A stretch of DNA of 64,000 nucleotides. It comes from Acidobacteriota bacterium. GTDB lineage: Bacteria > Acidobacteriota > Thermoanaerobaculia > Gp7-AA8. This document shows, piece after piece, positions 34,470 through 44,053 of the stretch (positions are counted from its first letter, which is position 1; each line of letters starts with the position of its first letter). Position numbers and translations under genes: made by a program. Where the stretch lies: the NCBI GenBank assembly GCA_019244185.1, contig JAFATB010000013.1, forward strand, positions 1 through 64,000, read 5' to 3'. The notes beneath the pieces were generated by a model, which worked only from the letters and a program-made list of their open reading frames with translations, did not search any database and had not been told where the DNA came from.

Positions 34470-36062
34470 GTGAGCCCGCGCCTGCTGCTCTCGATCTGGC
34501 TCCTCGTCGTCGCCGCCGCGCTCGCCGTGCACCTCGGCGGCTTCCCGCTGTACGACGCCGACGAGGGGCGCAACGCCGAAGTCGGCCGCGAGATGGCGGA
34601 GACGAACGACTACGTCATGCCGCGCCTCGACGGCTTGCCGTATCTCGACAAGCCGGTCGTCTACTTCGCCGCGGAAGCGGCGGCGATGGAGCTCCTCGGC
34701 CCGACCGAGCTCGCGGCTCGGCTGCCGGCGTATCTCTTCACGCTGGCGACGGCGGCGGTGCTGTTCTGGTTCGCGCGGCGCAGATGGGGAGGCGAAATGC
34801 CGTACCTCGCGGCGATCGTCTTTCTGTCGATGCCGCTGACGATGGCGTTCGCGCGAACCGTGATCTTCGATAGCGCGCTGACGTTCTTCGTCGTCGTCGC
34901 ATTGGTCGCGTTCGACTGCGCGCTCGAGGAGCGGAACGCGCGCTGGTCGTGGCTGGCGTGGGTGTCGATGGGCTTCGCGATGATCACCAAAGGTCCGGTG
35001 ACGTTCGTGCTCGTGCTGTTCGTCGCCATTCCGTACGCGTGGACGAAGCGCAACGTGCGCGTGCTGTTTCCGCCGATCGGACTCGCGCTTTTCGCGCTCG
35101 TCGTCGCGCCGTGGGTGTGGGGCGTGACGCGCGTGGTGCCGGAGTTTCTGCACTACGTGCTCGTCACCGAGACCGCGGAACGCATGGCCACGAAAGCGCT
35201 CAAGCGCACGGGGCCGCCGTGGTACTTCGTGCCGTATCTCATCGGCGGCGCGCTGCCGTGGTCGCTCGTGGCGCTGTTCAGCTGGAAGCGTTTCAAGAAT
35301 CGCGACCTGCTGTTTCTGATTCTCTGGCTGGCGATCCCGTTCGTGTTCTTCTCGATCTCGCAGTCGAAGCGGCCGCAGTACATCCTGCCGCTGATGCCGG
35401 CGCTGGCGCTGCTCGTCGCCCGCATCTGGGACGAGGCGCGCACGCGTGGCGCGGCGATCATCGTGGCAGTGCTCGGCGCGCTGCTCGCGATCGCACCGCT
35501 CTTCGCGCATCGCGCGAAGCTGCAGCCGGAGCTCGCGCCCGTCGTTCCGCGCGTCGCCCTCGTCCTCGGCATCGCGTTTCTCATCGGCGGACTCGTGGCC
35601 GCGTTCGCGAAGCGGCGCGAGCTCGCGTTCATCGCGCTGACGTTGCCGGTGATGGCGATCCCGACCGTCGCGCAGCCGCTGATGCAGGCGATCGGCGTGC
35701 GGCGTTCGGCGAAAGCGTTTGCCGAGCAGCTCGCGCCGAAGCTCGCGCCGTCGACGGAAGTCATCGGCGTCGAGGCGTTCACCGGCTCGATGGCGTTCTA
35801 TCTGCGCCGGCCGGTCGTCGTCGTGACGGAAGACGCGAGCGAGCTGACGAGCAACTATCTGATCCGCCGCTACGCGCAGTTCACGAGCAATCCGGCGTCG
35901 CCGCTGAAGCCGCTGCCGTATTTCGAGCGGAGTCTCGGCGACTGCTGCACGCCGCGCGTGTACGTCGTGCGCAACGACGACCGCGCGCATCAGGCGCTGC
36001 TCGAGGCGCGCGGCTGGCGGCGCGTCGCGGAAGGCGCGCACCACGTCGGCTACGCGCGCTGA
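34470..36062 (+). CDS. ArnT/PMT (GT39-like) membrane glycosyltransferase
   Basis: DADEGRNAEVGREM, YLDKP, AARLP, TKGP, SKRPQYILP. Confidence 0.9.
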   Translation: MSPRLLLSIWLLVVAAALAVHLGGFPLYDADEGRNAEVGREMAETNDYVMPRLDGLPYLDKPVVYFAAEAAAMELLGPTELAARLPAYLFTLATAAVLFWFARRRWGGEMPYLAAIVFLSMPLTMAFARTVIFDSALTFFVVVALVAFDCALEERNARWSWLAWVSMGFAMITKGPVTFVLVLFVAIPYAWTKRNVRVLFPPIGLALFALVVAPWVWGVTRVVPEFLHYVLVTETAERMATKALKRTGPPWYFVPYLIGGALPWSLVALFSWKRFKNRDLLFLILWLAIPFVFFSISQSKRPQYILPLMPALALLVARIWDEARTRGAAIIVAVLGALLAIAPLFAHRAKLQPELAPVVPRVALVLGIAFLIGGLVAAFAKRRELAFIALTLPVMAIPTVAQPLMQAIGVRRSAKAFAEQLAPKLAPSTEVIGVEAFTGSMAFYLRRPVVVVTEDASELTSNYLIRRYAQFTSNPASPLKPLPYFERSLGDCCTPRVYVVRNDDRAHQALLEARGWRRVAEGAHHVGYAR

Positions 36063-36081
36063 TCCCGTAGAATGCGCGCCA

Positions 36082-37956
36082 GTGTGCGGCATCTACGGAA
36101 TCGTGAGCGGCGCGGAGCTGCGGAACCCGAACGTCGTCGAGGCGATGGGGGAGGCCTTGCGCCACCGCGGCCCCGACGGCCGGGCGGTGCTCGCGCATCC
36201 GAACGCGCGCATCGGCACCGAGCGGCTGCGCATCATCGATCTGCATGAGCGCGCCGACCAGCCGTTCGCATCGCCCGACGGCAGCGTCTGGCTCGAGGCG
36301 AACGGCGAGATCTACAACGCGCACGAGCTGCGCGCGCGGCATCGCGACTATCCGTTCCGCTCGCACTCCGACGTCGAGAGCATCCTTCCGCTGTACCTCG
36401 AGCACGGCACCGACGCCATCGCGATGCTCGACGGCATGTTCGGCCTCGCCATCTGGGACAACCGCACGCGCACGCTGATCCTCGCGCGCGACCGCGCCGG
36501 CGAGAAGCCGCTGTTCTATGCGCGCCGCGGCGCGGAAGTGCTCTTCGCCTCCGAACTGCAATGCCTGCTGCGGCATCCGGACGTCTCGCGCGAGCTCGAT
36601 CGCGCGGCACTCGCGCAGTACCTCGCGCTCGGCTACGTGCCGGAAGACGCGACGCCGTTCGCCGACGTGCGCCGCGTGCCCGCGGGCGCGTTCATGCGCT
36701 TCCGCGACGATGGCAGCGAAGAGACGGTGCGTTACTGGGACGCGTCGCGCTTCGCGATCGCGCCGCGCGGTGCGAACGATGCCGTCGAAGAACTGCGGCA
36801 GCTCGTCGAGAACGCGGTGGCGAAGCAGGTGATGTCGGACGTGCCGGTCGGCGTCTTCATCAGCGGCGGCCTCGACTCGTCGATCCTCGCCACCCTCGCG
36901 TCGAAGAACATCGGCGTCGATCGCGTGCACACGTTTTCGGCGCAGTTCGCCGAAGCGTCGTACGACGAAAGCGGCGACGCGGCCGAGTTCGCGCGGCAGA
37001 TCCGCACGAAACACGTGCCGGTGCGCACGGATGAAGAGACACTGCGCGAGGCGCTGACGAACGTCACCACGCGCATCGCCGAACCGCTCGCCGATCCCGC
37101 GATCCTGCCGACGTTCCTCCTCGCGCGCGCGGCGCGCGAGCACGTGAAGGTGATCCTCAGCGGCGAAGGCGCCGACGAGCTCTTCGGCGGCTACCCGACC
37201 TACCTCGGCCACAAGATCGCGCCGAAGTACGACGCGCTGCCGTCGTTCGCGCGCGCGGGGCTGCGCCGGCTCGCGTACGCGATTCCGCCGTCGGGCAAGA
37301 AAGTCACGCTCGAGTTCCTGCTCAAGAAGTTCGTCGGCGACGCGGAGCGGCCGTGGATCGAGCGGCATCTGAACTGGTTCGGCAGCGGGCTCTCGCCGCG
37401 CGTGCACGCGACGCCCGAGGGCGCCGCGGCCGCGTCCGCCGCGCGGCTCGCGTCACTCTTTCTGCCCGACTACGCGTCGCGCGATCCGCTCGCGGCGGCG
37501 ATGCTGCTCGACTACCGCAGCTATCTGCGCGACAACCTCCTCGTGAAAGTCGACCGCGCGACGATGCTCTCGTCCGTGGAAGCGCGCGCGCCGTTCCTCG
37601 ACCGCTTCGTGAGCGCGTTTGCGCTGTCGCTGCCCGCCGACCTGCGCGTGCGGCGGCTCACGACGAAGTGGGTGCTGAAGAAAGCGGCCGAGAAGTGGCT
37701 GCCGAAGGACGTGATCTATCGCCGCAAACGCGGGCTGAGCGTTCCCGTGGCGTCATGGATCAATCGCGGTCTCGCGAGTGAAGTGGATCGTCTGCTCGCG
37801 CCGGAACGTCTGCGCGCGCAGGGCCTGGTCGACGCGCAGTTCGTCACGGAGCTGCTCGCGGCACATCGCAGCGGACGCGCGAACTTCGCGAAAGCGCTCT
37901 GGACGTTGATCGTGCTGCAGTACTGGATCGAGAACTGGGGGGGAGAGAAAAGCTGA
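36082..37956 (+). CDS. asnB: Asparagine synthase (glutamine-hydrolysing) family amidotransferase
   Basis: MCGI N-terminal nucleophile, HRGPD, NGEIYN, SGGLDSS, SGEGADELFGGY, EARAPFLD. Confidence 0.93.
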   Translation: MCGIYGIVSGAELRNPNVVEAMGEALRHRGPDGRAVLAHPNARIGTERLRIIDLHERADQPFASPDGSVWLEANGEIYNAHELRARHRDYPFRSHSDVESILPLYLEHGTDAIAMLDGMFGLAIWDNRTRTLILARDRAGEKPLFYARRGAEVLFASELQCLLRHPDVSRELDRAALAQYLALGYVPEDATPFADVRRVPAGAFMRFRDDGSEETVRYWDASRFAIAPRGANDAVEELRQLVENAVAKQVMSDVPVGVFISGGLDSSILATLASKNIGVDRVHTFSAQFAEASYDESGDAAEFARQIRTKHVPVRTDEETLREALTNVTTRIAEPLADPAILPTFLLARAAREHVKVILSGEGADELFGGYPTYLGHKIAPKYDALPSFARAGLRRLAYAIPPSGKKVTLEFLLKKFVGDAERPWIERHLNWFGSGLSPRVHATPEGAAAASAARLASLFLPDYASRDPLAAAMLLDYRSYLRDNLLVKVDRATMLSSVEARAPFLDRFVSAFALSLPADLRVRRLTTKWVLKKAAEKWLPKDVIYRRKRGLSVPVASWINRGLASEVDRLLAPERLRAQGLVDAQFVTELLAAHRSGRANFAKALWTLIVLQYWIENWGGEKS

Positions 37957-38063
37957 ATGAAGAACGCAGAACGCAGAATGAAGAATTCAGAAAGCGCTCC
38001 GCGCCTTCGTGCTCCTTTCTGAATTCTTCATTCTGCGTTCTGCGTTCTTCATTCAGCTTTTCT
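37946..38063. repeat. Heptamer-unit palindromic element, copy 1 (perfect 49-bp arms, 20-nt loop)
   Basis: AGAAAAGCT-GAATGAA-GAACGCA-GAACGCA-GAATGAA-GAATTCAGAAAG at 37946-37994; exact reverse complement at 38015-38063. Confidence 0.92.
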
Positions 38064-38067
38064 GTGC

Positions 38068-38490
38068 TCAGTGCTCGGTCATTGCCGGCCGTTCCGGCGG
38101 TCGATCCAGTGAGAGAAACCCGGCGACGCAGAGACTGACGATGCTGCCGAGGTCGGCCACTTCGAACGGCTTGCGCAGGACGCCGGAGACGATCGTCGGA
38201 TCGACTTCCTTGAACTTCTGGTCGGCGTACGCGGTCACGACGAGCACGACCGGCTTGCGCGACTGTGGATGTTCGCGGAGATACTCGACGACGCCGAAGC
38301 CGTCGACGCGCGGCATCATGAGATCGAGCAGGATGACGGCGTACTCGTGCTGCTGCAGTTTCTCGATCGCGTCGGCGCCGTCGCACGCGGCATCGATCTC
38401 GATACCCTCGCGGCGGACGATCATCGACACGAGCTGCCGGATCGACTGATCGTCGTCGGCTACCAGGACTTTCCGGAGAGGTTGAGCCAT
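38068..38490 (-). CDS. Single-domain response regulator (REC)
   Basis: VLVADDD, LLDLMMP, VTA, KPF. Confidence 0.9.
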   Translation of the reverse strand: MAQPLRKVLVADDDQSIRQLVSMIVRREGIEIDAACDGADAIEKLQQHEYAVILLDLMMPRVDGFGVVEYLREHPQSRKPVVLVVTAYADQKFKEVDPTIVSGVLRKPFEVADLGSIVSLCVAGFLSLDRPPERPAMTEH

Positions 38491-38558
38491 GCTGACCACC
38501 TTGTATTCCAAACGGTGTGCCAGCGCGCGGCGCCGCTAACTGTCACCAAATGTGACGG

Positions 38559-39089
38559 TTAGAGTCCCAGCGTTTCGACCGAACGGACCACCCAGCCGCC
38601 GTTCCGCGGGAGCAGCGTGATCCAGAACCAGGAGGGGTGCTGGCCGCCGAGGGAGACGCGCGCGAAGACGCCGGCCTCGTTCGGGATGAACGGATTCACG
38701 ACCGGCGCGGAGAGCTCGAGGATCATCTGATCGAAGTCGCGTCGCGTGTCGAGGCGATCGCGCGGCGACCACTCGCAGTCGCCGCTGAGCGGCACGGGCA
38801 GTTTGCGTTCTGCTTGCTCGACCGCGGCGTTCGCGCGCGCGGGATCGGCGGCGCGTCTGCGATAGAGCGACGACAGCGCGACGAGCGCCGGCGTCGAGAC
38901 GATCGGCTGTGTCGTGCGCACGACCGCGAGCGGCGCGCCGCTGGCCATGCCTTCGGCCTGCAGCCTTTGACAGAGCGCCTGCATCACGACGTCGGGCACG
39001 GCGTCGGGCGCGAGCGGCATTTGCGTTTGGGGTTGGGGCCGGGACGCGCAGGCGGCGACGAGCAGCAAGGCAACGACAGTCAGTCTCAA
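38559..39089 (-). CDS. Hypothetical lipoprotein
   Basis: Lipobox VAAC after a hydrophobic stretch; TTGA overlap with the helicase stop. Confidence 0.75.
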   Translation of the reverse strand: MRLTVVALLLVAACASRPQPQTQMPLAPDAVPDVVMQALCQRLQAEGMASGAPLAVVRTTQPIVSTPALVALSSLYRRRAADPARANAAVEQAERKLPVPLSGDCEWSPRDRLDTRRDFDQMILELSAPVVNPFIPNEAGVFARVSLGGQHPSWFWITLLPRNGGWVVRSVETLGL

Positions 39090-41536
39090 AACAGCATCCT
39101 CAATTGCGGTGTCGCTTTCGCTTCGAAGAACGAGCGGATCTCGCTGGCCGGTTTCTTCGACACCAGCTCGCGCGGCGACTCCTCGTACCAGTCGGTGGGA
39201 AAGTATCGCGTGTAGGTCTCCTGCGTGAAGCGCTTGCAGAGCAGCGCGATGACGCCGATGTCGGTCTCGCTGCGGATCACGCGTCCCGCGCTCTGCACGA
39301 CGCGCGTCATGCCGGGGATGAGATACGCGAACTCGAAGCCCGCGCCGTATTGTTCGTCGTAATACTGCTTGAGCAGCTCCTGCTCGAAGCTCACCTGCGG
39401 CAGCGCGGGGCCGACGACCATCACGCCGGAGAGCATGTCGCCCTGGTAGTCGATCCCTTCCGCGTACATGCCGCCGGACACCGCGAGGATGAGGTTTCCT
39501 TTGCGCGGCCGGTCGCGCAGGATCTCCAGGATCGCGTTGCGCTCGTAGTCGGTCATGTCGGTACGCTGCACCATGACGTTCTTCTGCGTCGGCGGCATGC
39601 GGTCGACGATCTCGCGCAGGAACGCGTAGCTCGGAAAGAGCGCGAGGAAGTTGCCGTTGCCGGCGTCGGCGATGTCGGCCACCGTCTCCGCGATGCGGTC
39701 GAAATGCTCGGCGCGGCGCTTGTACGTCGTGTCGACTTCGGGCACGACCACGATCTTGCGGTTCGTGCGCGGGAACGGCGACGCGACCGCGAGCTCCGCC
39801 GTGCGCTGCTGCGGAAAGCCGAGCGTCTTGCGATAGAAGTCGAACGGCTCGAGCGTCGCCGAGAGCGCCACCGTCGCGTGCGCGGAATCGAAGATCTGCC
39901 CGAGGAACCGCGAGGGATCCTTGCAGAAGATCTTCAGTTTGAGGCCGTCACTTCCATCCTTCGACTGCGTCCGCTCGATGAGATGCGCGAACTCGTCGCC
40001 TTCTTCCGCGAGCAGGTTCGTGAACTTCACGAGCTTGAAGTAGAAGTCGATCAGCGGGTCGTCTTCCTCGGCGATCCGGTTGTCGATCTTCCAGCCGATG
40101 TACTCGAGGACGATGCGCTCCCACTCCACGCGCTGCTCGAGGAACAGCTCGCGCGACGGCGAGCAGAGCGCCTGCTTCACGTCGTCTTCGAGCACGTCCG
40201 CGAGCTCGAGGAAATGCGCGCGCAGGATCTCCAGCAGGTCTTCCCATCCTTCGATCCAGCAGTTGCGCGACATCATCAGACGCTTGATCTCGTCGAACTG
40301 CGACTCGTGCAGCTCCGGCGAGTAGTAGCCGCGGCCGCGGTCGACGAGGTTGTGCGCCTCGTCGACGACCAGCACGCAATCGCCGTAGTCGTTCTCCTGC
40401 GAATACGCCTTCAAGCCGACGTACGGATCGAAGATGTAGTTGTAGTCGCAGACGATCACGTCGGCCTGTTCGATGAGCTCGAGCGACACCTCGAACGGGC
40501 ACACCTCGGACTCGCGCGCGAGCTCGAAGGTGATGTCGGGATCGAAGTAGCTCATCGCCGTCACGAGGTGCGTGAGCAGGCCGCTCTGCTGCATTTTCTC
40601 GCCGTACTTCGCGGCGAACGGGCAGAAGTCCTCGTGGCAGATCATCTCCGTGTGCGCGCACATCTTCTGTTTGCTGCGGATGCGCAGCACGCGGAACGAG
40701 CCGTCGTTGAGCATGCGCAGCGCGGCCACGGCCGCTTCCTGCTGCAGCGTCTTCGACGTGAGGAAGAACAGCTTCTTGCCGAGCTTCAGCGACTGGCGGA
40801 TCGCGGGATAGAGCACGGCCATCGTCTTGCCGATGCCGGTCGGCGCGGAGATCAGGAGCGCGTCGCGTTGCCAGATGCCGCGCGCGACGGCGGAGACGAT
40901 CTCGTCCTGCCCGGGACGCATGCCGTCGAACGGAAACTGGAGCGCGCTCGCGAAGGCCTGCTTCGCCGCGCGCAGAGCCGCCGCGGTCTCGAGGTTCTCG
41001 ACGAGCTTGGCGAGACTGGCCTCGAGCGTCTCGCGCATGCGCGCGCGGTCGAACTCCGCGTCGACGAGCTTCGTGTCGCCGGAGACGAGATCGATGAGCA
41101 CGAGCTGGGGCGCGAAGACGAAGTCCGCGAAGTCGGGCTGCTCGCAGAGAAAGTACGCGTAGAGCAGCAGCTGGTAGAGATGCCGCTGCAGTTTTTCGGA
41201 GCGATAGAGCGCCTCGAGCTCGAGGTCGAAGTGCAGCGACTTCACTTCCTCGATCGAGACGCGCTTCGCGTCCTTGTCGACGGACAGGCCGTCGATACGT
41301 CCGGTGATGGTGACGCTCCAGCCGCCGATCGTGGTGCGGTGGACGACGTGGACTTCGGCGCGGTAGTGCGGGTCTTCGTTCGCGCGCAGCTCGGCGCGGC
41401 GCGTATGGATGTCCTGGCCGATCCACATGCGCCGGAAGCCGTCGCCGCGCTCGACGCCGATGCGGCGATAGGTCGACTCGTGCACGAGATCGCCGACCGA
41501 GCAGACGATCTCCCGTTTTTCGTAGTCGACGCGCAT
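39086..41536 (-). CDS. PD-(D/E)XK nuclease fused to Fe-S Rad3/XPD/DinG-family helicase
   Basis: GRIDG..EEVKS..YQLLLY nuclease; APTGIGKT, four Cys (KMC..IC..FC..VCPF), VDEAHN, SATL, QSAGRVIR. Confidence 0.9.
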   Translation of the reverse strand: MRVDYEKREIVCSVGDLVHESTYRRIGVERGDGFRRMWIGQDIHTRRAELRANEDPHYRAEVHVVHRTTIGGWSVTITGRIDGLSVDKDAKRVSIEEVKSLHFDLELEALYRSEKLQRHLYQLLLYAYFLCEQPDFADFVFAPQLVLIDLVSGDTKLVDAEFDRARMRETLEASLAKLVENLETAAALRAAKQAFASALQFPFDGMRPGQDEIVSAVARGIWQRDALLISAPTGIGKTMAVLYPAIRQSLKLGKKLFFLTSKTLQQEAAVAALRMLNDGSFRVLRIRSKQKMCAHTEMICHEDFCPFAAKYGEKMQQSGLLTHLVTAMSYFDPDITFELARESEVCPFEVSLELIEQADVIVCDYNYIFDPYVGLKAYSQENDYGDCVLVVDEAHNLVDRGRGYYSPELHESQFDEIKRLMMSRNCWIEGWEDLLEILRAHFLELADVLEDDVKQALCSPSRELFLEQRVEWERIVLEYIGWKIDNRIAEEDDPLIDFYFKLVKFTNLLAEEGDEFAHLIERTQSKDGSDGLKLKIFCKDPSRFLGQIFDSAHATVALSATLEPFDFYRKTLGFPQQRTAELAVASPFPRTNRKIVVVPEVDTTYKRRAEHFDRIAETVADIADAGNGNFLALFPSYAFLREIVDRMPPTQKNVMVQRTDMTDYERNAILEILRDRPRKGNLILAVSGGMYAEGIDYQGDMLSGVMVVGPALPQVSFEQELLKQYYDEQYGAGFEFAYLIPGMTRVVQSAGRVIRSETDIGVIALLCKRFTQETYTRYFPTDWYEESPRELVSKKPASEIRSFFEAKATPQLRMLF

Positions 41537-41548
41537 TCAGCGGTTATT

Positions 41549-43900
41549 TTAAAGCTTCTCCACCTCTTCCCCGAGCAAATACGCGTCGTATTCGCCGCCG
41601 TCGCGATATGGCGCGAAGGCGAGGTCGGGGATGAGCGTCTGCAGCGACAGCCGGTCGTACAGCTCGCGCACGCTCTGCTTGCGGTCGGCGAGGATTTCGG
41701 CGGTCAACTCGCCGCGTAACGCGAAGAGGCGCTGGAAGTCGCCGCGCGGCATGCGCAGCGGGCGGCGGACGTCGTCGGAGCGCGGGTCCCATTCGCCGAT
41801 GAGCACTTCGTCCTCGACGTCGTTCGAGCGCGCGCGCACGCAGATGACGATCTCGGATTGCAGCGCCTGCTCGCTCGTCGTCGTGTCGATGCTCGTCGCC
41901 GCGCGCCACGCGCCGGACGACGAGAGCTCCTGCTGCAGATGGAAGTCGTGGCGCAGCAGCGTGACCAGCGACTCGGACGAATCGAGCGGCACGACTTCAT
42001 CGACCTCGCCGCTGCTGAACGGCGCGATCTCGGCGACCTCGATCTTGTCGAGACCTTTGAGCGCGGTCATGCCGAGAAGGCGCATGCCGAGGAGCTCGAC
42101 GCCGGGGATCGCCGGCGCGAAGGCGATGTAGTTGCCGTACGCGGTGCGCAAACGCGAGAGCGGCTGGGCCTCGTTCGCGAGTTCGTTCGACAGCTCCTGC
42201 AGCAGCGCCATCGACGCGACGATGCCTTCGTTGACGAGATGCCCGTTGCCGTCGAGGTACGCGTAGAACTCGCGCGCGTGCTGCGTCTTGTCGATGACGT
42301 CGACGCCGCGCGCGAGCGGCGCGAAGAACTGCTGCACCTTCGCCGCGTCGTAGCCGTGCGCGACGAGGAAGCCGCCGATCTCCTCGATCTCGCGATTCGA
42401 CTTACCCGTCGTCAGGCGCGAGAGCTCGACGATGCCGAGGCCGTAGAACTCCGTGATGCGGTCGCCGGTGTCGGATGCGGCCTTGAGCGGCAGCAGGCGG
42501 TAGTAGCCGTAGTTGAGCGCGATGCGCAGCCCTTTGTTGAAGGCGAAGCCTTTGCGCTTCATCTCGGAGTAGAAGCGCTGGATCTCGACGGCGGCGCGGA
42601 TGAGGCGCAGCGCGCGGCGCGTCGTGTAGAACGCGCCATCGCCGAGGAACTTTTCGAATTGCAAAAGGTGCCGCTGCGCGATCGTTTCGAGATGGCGCTG
42701 GAAGAGCAGCATCTGGCGATACGAGCGGATCTCTTCCTTGCCGCCGCCGCGGCGGATGTTGCCGAGCGTCTCGGAGAACGCCGAGATGTCGTAGATCATC
42801 CCGAAGCGGTGCACGGTCGGATCGACGACGCCGGGCCGGCCGAAGTCCATCGGACGCGTGGAGCGCGACCAGATGGCGCCGTACCGCCGGTCGGCGGAGA
42901 CGATCTGGCCGTCGGGCTGCGCCGCCATCCAGACGATGCCGCGGCGCAGTTGATTGAGCACCGCGAACTCGCGCAGGCGCCGCGCGATCAGCTGGAACTG
43001 CTCGCGCTCCTCGCGCGTGATCGCGTTCTGCGCCGCGGGATGTTCGAAGAAAAACGCGTGGAAGCGCGGATCGAGCAGCAGTGCGAGCGGCACGCCTTGT
43101 TCCGCGGAGACGCCGAAGAGCGGGATCGCGGCGCGGAAGCTGCGGTCGCGTTGCAGCAGCTCCGCGGCGGTCGTGCGCATCCGCTCGAAGCAGTCGCGGA
43201 AGCTCTGGAAGTCGCGGCGCAGGTAGCCGTTCAGGAACGACCGCAGCTCGCGCAGATCGGGTCCGATGAATTCTTCGGAGAGGATCAACACGTCGTCCTG
43301 CAGCAGGCGCACGAACGCCAGTCCGCGCTGTTCCTCGCCTTCGAGCAGCGGCGCGGCTTTCGCGGCGAGCTGCGTCATCTGCTCGCGCGTCTCCGACACC
43401 CAGCGCCCCACGATGCGGTACTTCAGCGTGTCGCCGAGCGCGCGTCCGGCTTGCGTGTCGACGGCGGAGACGCGGCGCGGGATCGCGGAGAAATGCCGCG
43501 CGAGGTCGAGCGAATGCGCGAGCCAGAAGACGGCGTGGTAGTCGTTGACGAGGTTCGAGAGCAGCGCGTTCTCGGCCGCTTTCATGAGCGAGCCGATGTA
43601 GACGTTCAGCGCGAGCTGCGCTTTCTCTTTCGCCTCCGCCGCGCGGTTCACCTGCCACCCCGTTTCGTCGGCGAGCCATCGTTCGAGCTTGTTCTCAAGG
43701 TCCTTGAGGACGGCCGATTCCGCGACCGGAAAGCCGAGGATCGGCGGCTGCGTCTCGTCGGCGGGAAAGATCTTGAACGGCTGCGGCAACAGCCCCTCGT
43801 GCTTCGCGAACAACTCGCGCAGCGAGCGCTCGAGATCGGTCGCCAGGAGAAACGTGGCGGCGTCCGGACGCTGGGCGAGGTAGTTGGAGAGAGCACGCAT
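41549..43900 (-). CDS. 783-aa protein with divergent class III nucleotidyl cyclase-like domain
   Basis: IYDISAFS, EKFLGDG, LRIALNYG, FYGLGIVELSRL, ALKGL appear in cyclase order; CDS is clear, function is inferred. Confidence 0.7.
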   Translation of the reverse strand: MRALSNYLAQRPDAATFLLATDLERSLRELFAKHEGLLPQPFKIFPADETQPPILGFPVAESAVLKDLENKLERWLADETGWQVNRAAEAKEKAQLALNVYIGSLMKAAENALLSNLVNDYHAVFWLAHSLDLARHFSAIPRRVSAVDTQAGRALGDTLKYRIVGRWVSETREQMTQLAAKAAPLLEGEEQRGLAFVRLLQDDVLILSEEFIGPDLRELRSFLNGYLRRDFQSFRDCFERMRTTAAELLQRDRSFRAAIPLFGVSAEQGVPLALLLDPRFHAFFFEHPAAQNAITREEREQFQLIARRLREFAVLNQLRRGIVWMAAQPDGQIVSADRRYGAIWSRSTRPMDFGRPGVVDPTVHRFGMIYDISAFSETLGNIRRGGGKEEIRSYRQMLLFQRHLETIAQRHLLQFEKFLGDGAFYTTRRALRLIRAAVEIQRFYSEMKRKGFAFNKGLRIALNYGYYRLLPLKAASDTGDRITEFYGLGIVELSRLTTGKSNREIEEIGGFLVAHGYDAAKVQQFFAPLARGVDVIDKTQHAREFYAYLDGNGHLVNEGIVASMALLQELSNELANEAQPLSRLRTAYGNYIAFAPAIPGVELLGMRLLGMTALKGLDKIEVAEIAPFSSGEVDEVVPLDSSESLVTLLRHDFHLQQELSSSGAWRAATSIDTTTSEQALQSEIVICVRARSNDVEDEVLIGEWDPRSDDVRRPLRMPRGDFQRLFALRGELTAEILADRKQSVRELYDRLSLQTLIPDLAFAPYRDGGEYDAYLLGEEVEKL

Positions 43901-43921
43901 GACGATTGAGAGGCGAAGTAT

Positions 43922-44036
43922 AAAAGCTGAATGAAGAACGCAGAACGCAGAACGCAGAATTGAGAAAGGGGAACGACCGTGGGTTCTCTCCTTCTCAATT
44001 CTTCATTCTGCGTTCTGCGTTCTTCATTCGTCTTTT
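43922..44036. repeat. Heptamer-unit palindromic element, copy 2 (imperfect)
   Basis: AAAAGCT-GAATGAA-(GAACGCA)x3-GAATTGAGAA ... TTCTCAATTC-TTCATTC-TGCGTTC-TGCGTTC-TTCATTC-GTCTTTT. Confidence 0.9.
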
Positions 44037-44053
44037 CGCCTAAACTCTCCCCA

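Noticed and set aside
36082-37956. asnB homolog as a lasso-peptide cyclase
   Set aside because: Intact MCGI glutaminase domain, no B1/B2 or precursor genes, and it neighbours an ArnT-like gene, pointing to envelope amidation or Asn synthesis.
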